Assembly: GCA_041488255.1 (NCBI GenBank)
Contig: JBGPOV010000006.1
Location: 14,096 to 78,095, forward strand
Source: Gammaproteobacteria bacterium
Lineage (GTDB): Bacteria > Pseudomonadota > Gammaproteobacteria > Burkholderiales > SHXO01
Direction of reading: 5' to 3'
Length of the DNA: 64,000 bases
The notes beneath the pieces are model-generated. The model did no database searches, was not told the DNA's origin, and was given only the letters and a program-made list of their open reading frames with translations. Shown in pieces: positions 45,747-58,654 of this stretch (its first letter is position 1; each line of letters begins with the position of its first letter). A program made the translations under genes and the position numbers.

Positions 45747-46505
45747 TCAGGACGCCTTCGCGCCCTTGCCGGAGAGTTTGTCGGCAAGCTTCTGTGCTTC
45801 CGCAAAGTTCAGGGTCCCCTCGTAGATCGCCCGTCCGGTGATGGCGCCGACGATGCCTTCCTGCTCCACCGCACACAGGGCTTTGACGTCGTCGAGGTTG
45901 GCGATGCCGCCGCTGGCGATGACCGGGACCGAGAGAGAACGCGCCAGTTCGACGCTGGCATCGACGTTCAGACCCGTGAGCATCCCGTCACGGCCGATGT
46001 CGGTGTGGATGATCGCTTCCACGCCGTAGCCCTGGAACTTCTTAGCCAGATCGACGACATCGTGACCCGTCATCTTGGACCAGCCGTCGACCGCTACCTT
46101 GCCGTCCCTCGCGTCGAGCGCGACCATCACGTGACCCGGAAACGCGTAACAAGCGTCGTGCAAGAACCCTGGCGTCTTGACGGCGGCGGTACCGACGATG
46201 ACGTAGCTGATGCCATCATCGAGATAGCGTTCGATGGTGTCCAGGTCCCGGATGCCGCCACCGAGCTGCACCGCGATGGCGTCGCCCACGGCCTCCACGA
46301 TGGCCTTGATCGCTGCCTCGTTTCTGGGCCTGCCCGCGAACGCCCCGTTCAGGTCGATCAGATGGAGTCGGCGCGCGCCCTGCTTGGTCCAGTGCTGGGC
46401 CATGGCGCCGGGGTCCTCAGAAAACACCGTGGCCTTGTCCATGGCGCCCTGTTTTAGGCGCACGCAATGCCCATCTTTCAGGTCAATAGCCGGAATGAGC
46501 AGCAT
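45747..46505 (-). CDS. hisA: 1-(5-phosphoribosyl)-5-[(5-phosphoribosylamino)methylideneamino]imidazole-4-carboxamide isomerase
   Basis: [20 protein letters not shown]...[13 protein letters not shown]...VQLGGGIRD...[14 protein letters not shown]...VIASGGI. Confidence 0.97.
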   Translation of the reverse strand: MLLIPAIDLKDGHCVRLKQGAMDKATVFSEDPGAMAQHWTKQGARRLHLIDLNGAFAGRPRNEAAIKAIVEAVGDAIAVQLGGGIRDLDTIERYLDDGISYVIVGTAAVKTPGFLHDACYAFPGHVMVALDARDGKVAVDGWSKMTGHDVVDLAKKFQGYGVEAIIHTDIGRDGMLTGLNVDASVELARSLSVPVIASGGIANLDDVKALCAVEQEGIVGAITGRAIYEGTLNFAEAQKLADKLSGKGAKAS

Positions 46506-46626
46506 GCAGCAGGCAGGAAGCAGCGGATATGCGCAGGCGGGATCAGGCGGGGCGGCGCGTGGGCCGTGATGTCATGCCTGCCCATCATACAACAGACACT
46601 CTACCGGGAAAAAGTCCACTGGCCGA

Positions 46627-47313
46627 TCACTCACCGATCAGCGGCATCTCCAGGGCGCGGGGAGAAGCGGTAAGGCGGCCGTCCCACTGCACGAAGTTGG
46701 ACAGCAGCTTGAGCCCAGGCTCTTGGCTCTTCTCCGGGTGGAATTGCATGGCGAAGAGATTATCCCTGGCCACCGCGCATGTGAAGGGGAACGGGTACAG
46801 GCTGTAGCCCGCGATCAACGAGCGGTCGCGCGGCACGGGGTAGTAGCTGTGCACGAAATAGAACCGGCTGCCCTGCGGAATCCCCCGACACACGGGGTGT
46901 TCCAGGGTCTGTTGCACCTCGTTCCACCCCATGTGCGGCACCTTTAGCTTCTCGCCGGCGGCACCGACCAACCCTCTAGCAGGGAAGCGCACCACTCGGC
47001 CGGGGAGCAGACCCAGGCCCGCCACGTCGCCCTCCTCGCTCACCTCGAACAGCATTTGAAGACCGATGCAGATGCCCAGGAACGGCTTGCTGCGCGCCGC
47101 CTCGAGCACAGCGGGGCGCAGGCCTCTGGCATCGAGCTCGCGCATGCAGTCTGGCATGGCGCCCTGGCCCGGAAACACGACGCGGCGAGCCCTGCGAACG
47201 TCATCTGGCTGACTGGTCACCACCACCTTCAGCCCTGGCGCAACGTGCTCCACGGCCTTGGACACCGAGCGCAGGTTGCCCATTCCATAGTCGACGACAG
47301 CGATGTCGATCAT
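46627..47313 (-). CDS. hisH: imidazole glycerol phosphate synthase, glutamine amidotransferase subunit
   Basis: MIDIAVVDYGMGNLRSVSKAVEH...VVFPGQGA...FLGICIGLQMLFE...VPHMGWN...FYFVHSY. Confidence 0.97.
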   Translation of the reverse strand: MIDIAVVDYGMGNLRSVSKAVEHVAPGLKVVVTSQPDDVRRARRVVFPGQGAMPDCMRELDARGLRPAVLEAARSKPFLGICIGLQMLFEVSEEGDVAGLGLLPGRVVRFPARGLVGAAGEKLKVPHMGWNEVQQTLEHPVCRGIPQGSRFYFVHSYYPVPRDRSLIAGYSLYPFPFTCAVARDNLFAMQFHPEKSQEPGLKLLSNFVQWDGRLTASPRALEMPLIGE

Positions 47314-47374
47314 CCCGGCTCCATGCGGTCGAGGAAACGACGCGGCTTCGCGCGGTTACAGGCTAATCCCGAGT

Positions 47375-47962
47375 TCACAGACTGCCCTTCGTCGACGGGA
47401 GCATCCCCTGCATGCGCGGATCCAGTTCCACCGCCATGCGCAGCGCGCGCCCAAAGGCCTTGAACGCGGTCTCCGCCTGATGGTGGGCGTTGCCGCCCTT
47501 GAGGTTGTCCACGTGCAAGGTCACCTGCGCGTGGTTGACGAAACCCTGGAAGAACTCATGGATCAAGTCCACGTCGAACTCTCCGATCAGAGCGCGCGTG
47601 AACTCGAGGTTGTACTCCAGACGGGGTCGGCCCGACAGGTCCACGACCACCCGCGACAGTGCTTCGTCGAGCGGCACATAGGCATGCCCGTAGCGGCGGA
47701 CGCCCTTCTTGTCCCCCACGGCGCGGGCGAACGCCTGGCCGAGCGTGATGCCGACGTCTTCCACCGTGTGGTGAGCGTCGATGTGCAGGTCTCCCTTGGC
47801 CGCGATCTCCAGGTCGAGCATGGCGTGGCGCGCTACTTGGTCCAGCATGTGATCGAAAAAGCCGATGCCGGTGGACAGCACGGATTTGCCCGCACCGTCC
47901 AGGTCGATCTTGACGGTAATCTGGGTTTCCAGGGTGTTGCGGGTGATCTGGGCCTGGCGCAT
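47375..47962 (-). CDS. hisB: imidazoleglycerol-phosphate dehydratase
   Basis: [16 protein letters not shown]...[16 protein letters not shown]...[14 protein letters not shown]...[18 protein letters not shown]. Confidence 0.97.
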   Translation of the reverse strand: MRQAQITRNTLETQITVKIDLDGAGKSVLSTGIGFFDHMLDQVARHAMLDLEIAAKGDLHIDAHHTVEDVGITLGQAFARAVGDKKGVRRYGHAYVPLDEALSRVVVDLSGRPRLEYNLEFTRALIGEFDVDLIHEFFQGFVNHAQVTLHVDNLKGGNAHHQAETAFKAFGRALRMAVELDPRMQGMLPSTKGSL

Positions 47963-47974
47963 GGTCGACGGAGG

Positions 47975-49054
47975 TTAAGCGGCCTGCAAAAGGCTCTGCT
48001 GCAGGGCGCTCAGAAACTGGTTGTTCTCGTCGGGTGTGCCCACGGTCACCCGCAGGCAATCGGTCAGGCTCGGGTGCGAGCCGCTCAGGTTCTTGATCAG
48101 GACCCCGCGCGCCCTCAGGCCGGCACAAACCACGTCGGCCCGAGGCACGCGGAACAGGATGAAGTTCGCATCGCTCGGAAATGCGCGCACCCCGGGCAGC
48201 GACTGTAGCCCTGCCAGCAATCGCGCGCGCCCGTTGCAGATCTCGGCCGCCTGCGCCTCGAGAACGTCGGACCGCTGCAGAACACGCGCCGCGATCTTTT
48301 GCGTCAACACGTTCACATTATAGGGCAGGCGCAGCTTATCCAGCTCCGACAGCCACTCCGGCCGGCCGATGAGCATGCCCAGTCGCAGTCCCGCCAGCCC
48401 GAGCTTGGACAGCGTCCGCATGACAAGCAGATTGGAATGGCGTGCGAGCTGGGGCAGAAAGCTACGGCCCGCGAAGGCATGGTAGGCCTCATCCACCACG
48501 ACCAGCCCTGGGGCCGCTTCGATCAGCGCGTGGATCGCCTCGGCGTCGAACAGATTGCCGGTGGGGTTGTTGGGGTAGGCGATAAAGGTCAGGGCGGGCC
48601 GGTACTCGCGCAGCGCGGCCAGGACTCGCACGATATCCAGGCTGAAGTCCGCCGCTAGCGGGACGCCCACGTAACGGATGCCGGTGAAGGTGGCAACCAT
48701 GCGAAACATCACGAAGGAAGGTTCGACGCCCATCAACACCGCCGCCGGCCGGTTCACCGCCAGCGCCAGGATCTGGATCAGCTCATCCGAGCCGTTTCCA
48801 AGCAGCAGGTCCATTCCGTCGGGGACGCGCATCGCCTCGCGCAACTGCACCTTCAGCCCCGCGGCCCCCGGATCGGGATAGCGATTCAGGCTGGTCTCCG
48901 AAGCCAGGTCGGCGATCTGCGCGCGCAATTCTGCCGGCAGGCCGTATGGGTTCTCCATGGCGTCCAACTTGATCAACCCTCGGCTGTCTGGGACGTGGTA
49001 GGCGGAGATCGCCCGCACCTCGTCGCGGATCACCGATCTCGGTGCCTTATCCAT
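47975..49054 (-). CDS. hisC: histidinol-phosphate aminotransferase
   Basis: 359 aa; [13 protein letters not shown]...NRYPDP...[10 protein letters not shown]...[10 protein letters not shown]...[14 protein letters not shown]. Confidence 0.95.
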   Translation of the reverse strand: MDKAPRSVIRDEVRAISAYHVPDSRGLIKLDAMENPYGLPAELRAQIADLASETSLNRYPDPGAAGLKVQLREAMRVPDGMDLLLGNGSDELIQILALAVNRPAAVLMGVEPSFVMFRMVATFTGIRYVGVPLAADFSLDIVRVLAALREYRPALTFIAYPNNPTGNLFDAEAIHALIEAAPGLVVVDEAYHAFAGRSFLPQLARHSNLLVMRTLSKLGLAGLRLGMLIGRPEWLSELDKLRLPYNVNVLTQKIAARVLQRSDVLEAQAAEICNGRARLLAGLQSLPGVRAFPSDANFILFRVPRADVVCAGLRARGVLIKNLSGSHPSLTDCLRVTVGTPDENNQFLSALQQSLLQAA

Positions 49055-50348
49055 GCAGGCGGTATTGGGCCGATCTGGCGTGAGCCGGCAGGCCCTCGCC
49101 CGTAGCGAGCTCGGCGGCGATGGGGCCTAGCGCATGCGCGCCCTCGCGCGATATCTGTATCACGCTAGTGCGCTTCTGGAAGTCATACACGCCGAGCGGA
49201 GAGGAGAAGCGTGCCGTGCGCGCGGTGGGCAGAACGTGGTTGGGCCCCGCGCAGTAGTCGCCCAGCGCCTCCGAGGAGTATTTGCCGAGGAACACCGCGC
49301 CGGCGTGCCGGATCTTGGGCAACCAAGCTTCGGCGTCCTCCACCGAGAGCTCCAAGTGCTCGGGCGCGAAGCGGTTGGCGATCTGGCACGCCTCGTCTAG
49401 ATCCCTCACCTTGATCAGTGCCCCGCGCGCGGACAGCGACGCGCTGATCACGTCCTTGCGCGGCATATCGGCGAGCTGGCGCTGGATGCTTTCCGCAACC
49501 GCGTCGATGAAAGCGGCGTCGGGACACAGCAGGATGGCTTGCGCCATCTCGTCGTGCTCGGCCTGGGAGAACAGGTCCATGGCGACCCATTCCGGATTGG
49601 TGCTGCCGTCGCACAGCACCAGGATTTCGGAGGGGCCGGCCAGCATGTCGATACCGACCACCCCGAACACCCGACGCTTCGCCGCTGCCACATAGGCATT
49701 ACCCGGTCCGACGATCTTGTCTACTGCGGGAACCGACTCGGTGCCGTAGGCCAGCGCGCCCACCGCCTGAGCGCCGCCGATCGTGAACACGCGGTCCACG
49801 CCACAGATGGCAGCAGCCGCCAGCACCAAGTCGTTCGTCTCACCACCGGGCGCCGGCACGACCATGACGATCTCACCTACTCCAGCGACACGCGCCGGCA
49901 TCGCGTTCATGAGCACGGTCGACGGATAGGCGGCCTTGCCCCCCGGGACGTAGATCCCGACCCGCTCGAGTGGCGTCACCTGCTGGCCCAGCCGCGTGCC
50001 GTCGGCTTCGGTGTAGCTCCAGGACTGCACGACCTGGCGCTCGTGATAGGCGCGGATGCGGCCAGCGGCTAGGACCAGGGCGTTGCGTCGCGCCGCGGGC
50101 AGAGCGGCAAATGACCGCTCCAGGTCCGACTTGGCCAGCCGCAGCGTGGACATGTCGCGGGCCTGGACACGGTCGTAGCGTCGGGTGTACTCCAGCACGG
50201 CGGCGTCCCCGCGCTGCTTCACGTCCGCAAGGATGGCCGCGACGGTGTGGTCGATCCGCTCGTCCTGGGTGTTCTCAAATGCGAGCAACCTATCGAGCAG
50301 CGCCTCGAAGTCGGGGCTGGTGGTGTCTAGCCGATTAAGCCGCAACAT
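49047..50348 (-). CDS. hisD: histidinol dehydrogenase
   Basis: 433 aa; [28 protein letters not shown]...[12 protein letters not shown]...[11 protein letters not shown]...SQAEHDEMA...[13 protein letters not shown]. Confidence 0.97.
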   Translation of the reverse strand: MLRLNRLDTTSPDFEALLDRLLAFENTQDERIDHTVAAILADVKQRGDAAVLEYTRRYDRVQARDMSTLRLAKSDLERSFAALPAARRNALVLAAGRIRAYHERQVVQSWSYTEADGTRLGQQVTPLERVGIYVPGGKAAYPSTVLMNAMPARVAGVGEIVMVVPAPGGETNDLVLAAAAICGVDRVFTIGGAQAVGALAYGTESVPAVDKIVGPGNAYVAAAKRRVFGVVGIDMLAGPSEILVLCDGSTNPEWVAMDLFSQAEHDEMAQAILLCPDAAFIDAVAESIQRQLADMPRKDVISASLSARGALIKVRDLDEACQIANRFAPEHLELSVEDAEAWLPKIRHAGAVFLGKYSSEALGDYCAGPNHVLPTARTARFSSPLGVYDFQKRTSVIQISREGAHALGPIAAELATGEGLPAHARSAQYRLHG

Positions 50349-51000
50349 GTGCCGAGGGCCGCTCCACCGCCCGCGTGAACGCGTCCAGCAGGGGTTGCAG
50401 CACGTCGTCTTTGAGCTTCAGGGCCGCCTGGTTGACGATGAGCCGCGCGCTGACGCGCATGATCTCTTCCACGGCTACCAACTGGTTAGCGCGCAAGGTG
50501 TTGCCGGTGCTGACGAGGTCCACGATGGCGTCGGCCAGGCCAACCAGGGGCGCGAGCTCCATGGAACCGTACAGCTTGATCAGGTCAACGTGCACGCCCT
50601 TGCCGGCGAAGTGCTCGCGTGCGGTCTTAAGGTACTTAGTGGCTATCCGCAATCGGGCGCCCTGGCGCACCGCCGCCGCGTAATCGAAGCCGGCCGGCAC
50701 CGCCACCATCATCCGGCACTTGGCAATCTGCAAGTCGAGCGGCTGGTACAAACCCTCGACGCCCTGCTCGTGCAGGGTGTCCTTCCCCGCTATACCCAGA
50801 TCGGCGGCGCCATAGCGGACGTACGTGGGCACATCGGAGGCGCGCACGATGATGATGCTTACGTCCTCGCGGTTGGTACCAAGGATCAGACGGCGCGAGG
50901 TCTCAGGATCCTCGTCCGGGTAGATCCCGACCGACGCGAGCAACGGGAGCGTCTCGCTGAAGATGCGCCCTTTCGACAGGGCTATGCTGATGCGGTTCAC
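50335..51000 (-). CDS. hisG: ATP phosphoribosyltransferase (short, HisZ-dependent form)
   Basis: GTG start; 221 aa; [18 protein letters not shown]...[26 protein letters not shown]...[13 protein letters not shown]. Confidence 0.95.
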   Translation of the reverse strand: MNRISIALSKGRIFSETLPLLASVGIYPDEDPETSRRLILGTNREDVSIIIVRASDVPTYVRYGAADLGIAGKDTLHEQGVEGLYQPLDLQIAKCRMMVAVPAGFDYAAAVRQGARLRIATKYLKTAREHFAGKGVHVDLIKLYGSMELAPLVGLADAIVDLVSTGNTLRANQLVAVEEIMRVSARLIVNQAALKLKDDVLQPLLDAFTRAVERPSAHVAA

Positions 51001-51063
51001 AATCGCTGTAGCTCAAAGGACAGATTCTACTCTACAGCGGAGCAACACCTTGAACCGCAAAGC

Positions 51064-51098
51064 ATGTCCTGAGCTTCGCCGAAGGGACGGCAGGACAT
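51064..51098 (-). promoter_or_regulatory. nested hairpin in the murA-hisG spacer (possible partial terminator or leader structure)
   Basis: ATGTCCTG-ag-CTTCGcCGAAG-ggacgg-CAGGACAT: an 8-bp outer stem and a 5-bp inner stem. On the transcribed (minus) strand it is followed by GCTTTGCGGTT. A second inverted repeat, GCTGTAG-N-CTACAGC (51006-51038), abuts the hisG GTG. Confidence 0.35.
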
Positions 51099-51235
51099 CC
51101 GAAACGCATCAACCCACGAAGGACAGATGACACTCGAGGCAAGCACTTTAACAGCGAACAAGCCGTGGCCAAAACTGGAAACCGCTAACATACGTAACGA
51201 CGTAAAGGGAAGAGCTCGTCAGCGACGCGACCGCT

Positions 51236-53531
<2,296 letters not shown>

Positions 53532-53532
<1 letters not shown>

Positions 53533-54431
53533 TAGTGCCTCCGCATCATCTGCACGAACACGTCCTCCAGATCGGCCTGCAGCACCTCTAGCTCCTGCAC
53601 TTCAATGCGTTCCGCCCGCAGGGCCGACAGCACGTTCTCGATTTGGGCATAGCTGTCGAGCGCGAGAGTGCGGCTGCCCCCGTCGTGGGCGACGGCGTTG
53701 GCGGCGAACGAGGCAGGCAGGCGGTCGGGTGCAAGACGTAGTCGCAGTCGCACACCGGCGACCTCGCACAGCAGATTGCGGGTCGTGTCCAACGCCACGA
53801 TGAGCCCCTGCTTGAGCATGGCAATGCGGCTGCACAGGGCCTCAGCCTCTTCGAGATAGTGAGTGGTGAGCACGACGGTGTGTCCGGCCTGGTTGAGTTC
53901 CCGAACGAAGCGCCACAGGCCCTGGCGCAGCTCTACGTCTACCCCCGCGGTCGGCTCATCCAGGATGATCACCGGCGGCTTGTGCACCAGCGCTTGGGCC
54001 ACCAGCACGCGGCGCTTCATGCCACCCGAGAGCTGCCGCATGTTGGCGCAGGCCTTGTCTGTGAGATCCAGCCGTTCGATGATTTCGTCGATCCACGCGT
54101 CGTTCTCCCTGAGTCCGAAGTACCCCGACTGGATGCGCAGGGTTTCGCGCACCGTGAAAAAGGGGTCGAACACCAGCTCCTGCGGAACGACGCCGATCAG
54201 GCGCCGCGCATGCTGGTACTGAGCCACCACGTCGTAGCCCATCACCCGCAGCTGACCGGAGTCGGCCCGCGCTAACCCGGCAAGGATGCTGATCAGGGTG
54301 GTCTTGCCCGCGCCATTCGGGCCCAGCAGACCGAAGAATTCGCCCTGCGAGATCTCCAGACTGACCCCGTCCAGGGCGTGCACGGCTGCGAAGCGCTTAT
54401 GGACCCGCTTGACCTCGATTGCGAGAGGCAT
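53532..54431 (-). CDS. ABC transporter ATP-binding protein (ABC-2 system)
   Basis: Walker A GLLGPNGAGKTT, signature LSGGMKRR, Walker B VIILDEPTAGVD, plus a C-terminal accessory domain. Confidence 0.9.
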
Positions 54432-54461
54432 GGCCGGCGCGCTGCCGTTACGGAGGGCAGC

Positions 54462-54743
54462 TCATACGCCGGGGATGAGCTCCCCGACGTCGTAGAGCGT
54501 GATGAGTGATCTCAGGTTCTCGGTCAGATTCTCGAAGCGGATGCGACGGCCGCTGGCAATGCCGTCTCGGACCCATGCCAGCAGCAGCCCAACCGCCGAA
54601 GAGTCGGCGCGGGTGACGCCAGACAGATCGACGCGGATCTCGGGACCCTCGAAGCGCCGTCTCGCGTCCTCGAGCAGAGACTCGACGGTGGTCAGGGTCA
54701 CCGGGCCGTGGACCCGAAGGCAGCCGTCGGAAAACTCAATCAT
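54462..54743 (-). CDS. mlaB: STAS-domain lipid asymmetry maintenance protein
   Basis: ATG at 54743 gives 93 aa: LRVHGPVTLTTVESLLEDARRRF...RVDLSGVTRADSSAVGLLLAW. Position follows mlaC. Confidence 0.75.
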   Translation of the reverse strand: MIEFSDGCLRVHGPVTLTTVESLLEDARRRFEGPEIRVDLSGVTRADSSAVGLLLAWVRDGIASGRRIRFENLTENLRSLITLYDVGELIPGV

Positions 54744-54759
54744 GGCGAGGGCCACGGCG

Positions 54760-55419
54760 CTACTGTTGCTTCTTCGTTCCCGCAGGGGACGCGCTAGTCT
54801 TCTCCTGCAGGGACTTGATGAGCCCATCGATGCCGCCCTGCCGGATCTCCTCGGCGAAGGTGCTGCGGTAAGTGGTGACCAGGCTCATCCCCTCGACCGT
54901 CACGTCGTAGATCCTCCAGTCGGTAGCGGATTTGTACATGCTGTAGTCGACGCTCAACGGCTGCCCGCCGTTGGGCACTTTAATCTCGCTATGGACTTGC
55001 ACGTCGTCATCCGCGGGCTGCGCCCGCAGCGGTTTGACTTCGATCGTGATGTTCGCATAGGCGCCGTAGGCGGCACTGTAGGTGCGTATCAGCAGGCGAT
55101 GGAACTGCTCGACAAGGGTCTTTTGCTGCTCGGGCGTGGCTTGCCGCCAACCGCGTCCGACCGCAAGGCGCGTCATGCGCTCGAAGTCGAAGTGCGGCGC
55201 AACCTTCTGCTCGAGCAACTCGGCAAACTTTGCCTGGCTGCCGGCTCGCAGCTCTTGGTCCTGACGCAAGGCGGTCGCCACCTCGTCGGCGACCGTCTTC
55301 ACCAGTTTGTCGGGCGCTTGCTGGGCCAGCGCCATCCCGCTCGCGCCGAGCCCTATCACCAGCACCAGGCCGGCCACCCAGCCTCGCAGCCCGGCTGCCA
55401 ACTTGCTTACACCCTCCAT
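54760..55419 (-). CDS. mlaC: phospholipid-binding periplasmic protein (Ttg2D/MlaC family)
   Basis: Signal peptide ...LVIGLGASGMALA/QQ, then FDFERMTRLAVGRGWRQATPEQQKTLVEQFHRLLIRTYS...WRIYDVTVEGMSLVTTYRSTF. An alternative ATG is at 55437. Confidence 0.85.
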   Translation of the reverse strand: MEGVSKLAAGLRGWVAGLVLVIGLGASGMALAQQAPDKLVKTVADEVATALRQDQELRAGSQAKFAELLEQKVAPHFDFERMTRLAVGRGWRQATPEQQKTLVEQFHRLLIRTYSAAYGAYANITIEVKPLRAQPADDDVQVHSEIKVPNGGQPLSVDYSMYKSATDWRIYDVTVEGMSLVTTYRSTFAEEIRQGGIDGLIKSLQEKTSASPAGTKKQQ

Positions 55420-55483
55420 CCCGTCACCTCGCCGCATTGTTATGGTTACACCGCCCTCGCCTTGTGTTGCGTCACGCCCGGCG

Positions 55484-55954
55484 TCATTTCTTCGTTCCGC
55501 CCTCCGCCGCCTTTCCATAGAGGAACTGGCCGATCAGCTTCTCCAGCACCACTGCCGACTGAGTGAGCTTGAGCTCGTCCCCGTCCTTGAGATTGGTGCT
55601 CTCGCCGCCTGCATCCAGGCCGAGGTACTGCTCGCCGAGCAGGCCCGAGGTCAGGATCGACGCCGACGTGTCCTTGGGAAACCCATAGCGCTTATCAATT
55701 CGCATCGTTACTCTGGCGGTAAACTTTTGATCGTCGAAGGCAATGCTCATCACGCGCCCGACCACCACCCCCGCGCTCTTCACCGGTGCCCGCGGCTTGA
55801 GGCCGCCGATATTCTCGAACTGGCCGAACACGATATACCCGTCCGACGCGGACACACTGGTGGCATTTCCCACCTTGAGCGCCAGTGTGAGCAGGGCGGC
55901 TACTCCAGCGGTGACGAACACTCCGACCCATAGATCTACTGTGGTACGTTTCAT
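55484..55954 (-). CDS. mlaD: outer-membrane lipid asymmetry maintenance protein (MCE domain)
   Basis: ATG at 55954; MKRTTVDLWVGVFVTAGVAALLTLALKVGN...FENIGGLKPRAPVKSAGVVVGRV. Confidence 0.9.
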   Translation of the reverse strand: MKRTTVDLWVGVFVTAGVAALLTLALKVGNATSVSASDGYIVFGQFENIGGLKPRAPVKSAGVVVGRVMSIAFDDQKFTARVTMRIDKRYGFPKDTSASILTSGLLGEQYLGLDAGGESTNLKDGDELKLTQSAVVLEKLIGQFLYGKAAEGGTKK

Positions 55955-55956
55955 GG

Positions 55957-56751
55957 TCAAACCCCGGTGAACATGAAGGAGGTGAGGACAAAGTCCAGGG
56001 CCAGCACCACCAGAGCCGAGGTCACCACCGTGCGCGTCACGGCATAGGAGACGCCCTCGGCGGTGGGCGGTGCGTCGTAGCCTTCGAACAACGCGATCAG
56101 CGTGACAGCCACACCGAATACACCGCTCTTGATCACCCCGTTGAGGATGTCCTCACGCAGATCCACGTTGGCTTGCATCTGGGACCAGAAGGCACCCGAG
56201 TCCACGCCGATGATCACCACGCCGATGAGGTAGCCGCCAAAGACGCCCAAGGCGCTGAAGATGGCCGCCAGCAGCGGCAGGGAGATCGCGCCGCCCCAGA
56301 AGATCGGGGACAGCACCCGCGCAAAGGGGTCCACTGCCATCATCTCCATGGCCGACAGCTGTTCGGTCGCCTTCATAATTCCGATCTTGGCGGTGATAGC
56401 CGAGCCGGCACGGCTGGCGAACAGCAGCGCCGATACCACCGGCCCCAGCTCGCGCACCAGCGCCAGCGCCACCAGTGTGCCTAGCGCCTCGGCCGACCCG
56501 TACCTCTTTAGAGTCTCGTATCCCTGCAGCCCGAGCACCAGCCCGACGAACAGCCCCGAGACGATGATGATGATCAGCGACAGCGTGCCCGTGAAGTAGA
56601 TCTCGTTAAGGGTCAGTTGAGGCCGGCGAACACACTCGCTCGAACGGCTCAGCACCAGCCCGGAGAAGCGGGTAGCGGCACCCAGCTTCCAAACGGCCTC
56701 GATCACGACATGGCCGATTTGGCGCAGCCCCCGATCGAGTGCCCCGATCAT
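55957..56751 (-). CDS. mlaE: lipid asymmetry maintenance ABC transporter permease
   Basis: 264 aa; YFTGTLSLIIIIVSGLFVGLVLGLQGY...ELGPVVSALLFASRAGSAITAKIGIMKATEQLSAMEMMAVDP. Confidence 0.93.
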   Translation of the reverse strand: MIGALDRGLRQIGHVVIEAVWKLGAATRFSGLVLSRSSECVRRPQLTLNEIYFTGTLSLIIIIVSGLFVGLVLGLQGYETLKRYGSAEALGTLVALALVRELGPVVSALLFASRAGSAITAKIGIMKATEQLSAMEMMAVDPFARVLSPIFWGGAISLPLLAAIFSALGVFGGYLIGVVIIGVDSGAFWSQMQANVDLREDILNGVIKSGVFGVAVTLIALFEGYDAPPTAEGVSYAVTRTVVTSALVVLALDFVLTSFMFTGV

Positions 56752-57557
56752 GGCCGGGGCTCCAGCCCGAGATCGCGGGCATAGGCTGGCGCCGGATAGT
56801 GAAACGGTACGGGCCCGTCGGTGTCACCGTGAACGAACTGATGGACGAACGGCTCCCGCGAGCCGCGCAGCGACTCGGGTGTGCCCTGCGCAACGATCAC
56901 CCCGGCCGACACGAAATAAACGTAATCTGCGATGTTGAACGATTCCTCCACATCGTGGGTGACGACGATCGAAGTCGCCCCCAGCGCATCGTTGAGCCGG
57001 CGGATCAGATTGGCGATGACACCGGTGGAGATCGGGTCCAGTCCGGTGAACGGCTCGTCGTACATAATCAGCATCGGGTCCAGGGCGATAGCTCGGGCCA
57101 GCGCCACGCGCCGCGCCATGCCGCCGGAAAGCGCCTCCGGCTTGAGCTCGGCGGCACCGCGCAGGCCCACCGCGTTCAACTTCATCAGCACCAGGTCCCG
57201 GATCAGGGACTCCGGGAAACGAGTGTGCTCACGCAGCGGGAAAGCCACGTTGTCGAACACCGAGTAGTCGGTGAACAGCGCGCCGAACTGGAACAGCATG
57301 CCCATGCGACGGCGCAGCGCGTACAACTCGCGGTGCGACAGCTGCTGGATGCGCTGTCCGTCCACCGAGATGCTGCCATGGCTCGGGCCCAGCTGACCGC
57401 CGATCAGCCGCAGAATGGTGGTCTTGCCCGAACCGCTCAGCCCCATGATCGCCACCACCTTGCCGCGCGCGATCGCCATGTCGATCCCTGTCAGTACGGG
57501 ACGCGCATCATAGCGAAACTCGACGTCGCGAAGTTCTACGAGACTGTCTGCGCTCAC
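56748..57557 (-). CDS. mlaF: lipid asymmetry maintenance ABC transporter ATP-binding protein
   Basis: GTG at 57557 gives 269 aa. There is no nearby ATG, and longer versions add about 100 Arg/Ala-rich residues. Walker A GLSGSGKTT, signature LSGGMARRVALARA, Walker B LIMYDEPFTGLD. Confidence 0.9.
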   Translation of the reverse strand: MSADSLVELRDVEFRYDARPVLTGIDMAIARGKVVAIMGLSGSGKTTILRLIGGQLGPSHGSISVDGQRIQQLSHRELYALRRRMGMLFQFGALFTDYSVFDNVAFPLREHTRFPESLIRDLVLMKLNAVGLRGAAELKPEALSGGMARRVALARAIALDPMLIMYDEPFTGLDPISTGVIANLIRRLNDALGATSIVVTHDVEESFNIADYVYFVSAGVIVAQGTPESLRGSREPFVHQFVHGDTDGPVPFHYPAPAYARDLGLEPRP

Positions 57558-57825
57558 GGAAGGGATCTGGCCGGGAAACGCGCCGGATTGTACCCCGGTT
57601 TCAAAGGCTCGGTCGCGATCTCCCGCGCGTTGGCTTGCATCTTGCTGAGATTTGCCGCACTGTGGCCGCGCGGGTAGCCCGGCAAGCGCTGACAGGCTGT
57701 CAAGAAACTGAGGGCAAATGCTGCGTGCCAACGGCATCGGCATGCGGGCTAACGTTCGACCAACCGCTGTGCGCGCGCGTGCGCCGCAGCGTCTCGACCG
57801 ACAACCGACACCCGAACCGGAATGC

Positions 57826-58578
57826 ATGACGATTTCGACCGAAACTCCCCCGGCTCTGCGCTTCACGCGCGTGAACAAGTGCTACCGGTCCACCGTTGCA
57901 CTCGACGACTTTTCGCTCACCGTCGCGGCCGGGCAGACCTTCGGACTGGTTGGCATGAACGGGGCCGGCAAGACTACGCTGATCAAGTGCCTGCTCGACT
58001 TCTCGGAGGCGGACCGCGGCACAATCGAGATCTTCGACGTGTCCAGTCATCTGACCCGCTCGCGCAGCCGCCTCGCGTTTCTGCCGGAGCGGTTCAACCC
58101 GCCTTATTATCTGACGGGCAGAGATTTCCTCCGCTACATGCTCCAGTTGCAGGAAGTTGCGTACCAGCACGACCAAGCGCAGCGCATTTTGCTCGCGCTC
58201 GATCTGGACCTCTCCGCTCTGGCCAAGCCGGTGCGCGCATTCTCCAAGGGCATGACGCAGAAGTTGGGACTGGCCGCTTGTCTGCTCAGCCGCAAGGATC
58301 TCTATATTCTGGACGAGCCCACCAGCGGTCTGGACCCGAAGGCGCGCGCGCTGCTCAAAGACCAGCTCCGGGCCGCGCGCGACGAGGGCAGGACCATCTT
58401 CTTCACCTCGCACACGCTGGCCGACGTGGACGAGCTGTGCGACAGGATGGCGGTGATCCATCGCGGAGAGCTGCGTTTCGCAGGGACGCCCGGCGAGTTG
58501 CGCGAGCGCCATGCAGCTGCGACTCTCGAGCAAGCCTTCCTGGCCTGCATCGGGGCGGGCGCGCCCGCGGCAGCCTAG
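57826..58578 (+). CDS. ABC transporter ATP-binding protein (no adjacent permease gene)
   Basis: ATG at 57826 gives 250 aa. Walker A GMNGAGKTT, signature-like FSKGMTQK, Walker B LYILDEPTSGLD. Divergent from mlaF. Confidence 0.85.
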   Translation: MTISTETPPALRFTRVNKCYRSTVALDDFSLTVAAGQTFGLVGMNGAGKTTLIKCLLDFSEADRGTIEIFDVSSHLTRSRSRLAFLPERFNPPYYLTGRDFLRYMLQLQEVAYQHDQAQRILLALDLDLSALAKPVRAFSKGMTQKLGLAACLLSRKDLYILDEPTSGLDPKARALLKDQLRAARDEGRTIFFTSHTLADVDELCDRMAVIHRGELRFAGTPGELRERHAAATLEQAFLACIGAGAPAAA

Positions 58579-58654
58579 GCACCCGGCCTCCTAGGACCGC
58601 AGCGGACGATCTGGCAGAATAATCCTCGCTCTCAGTGGTCGGCGAGCACACGAC

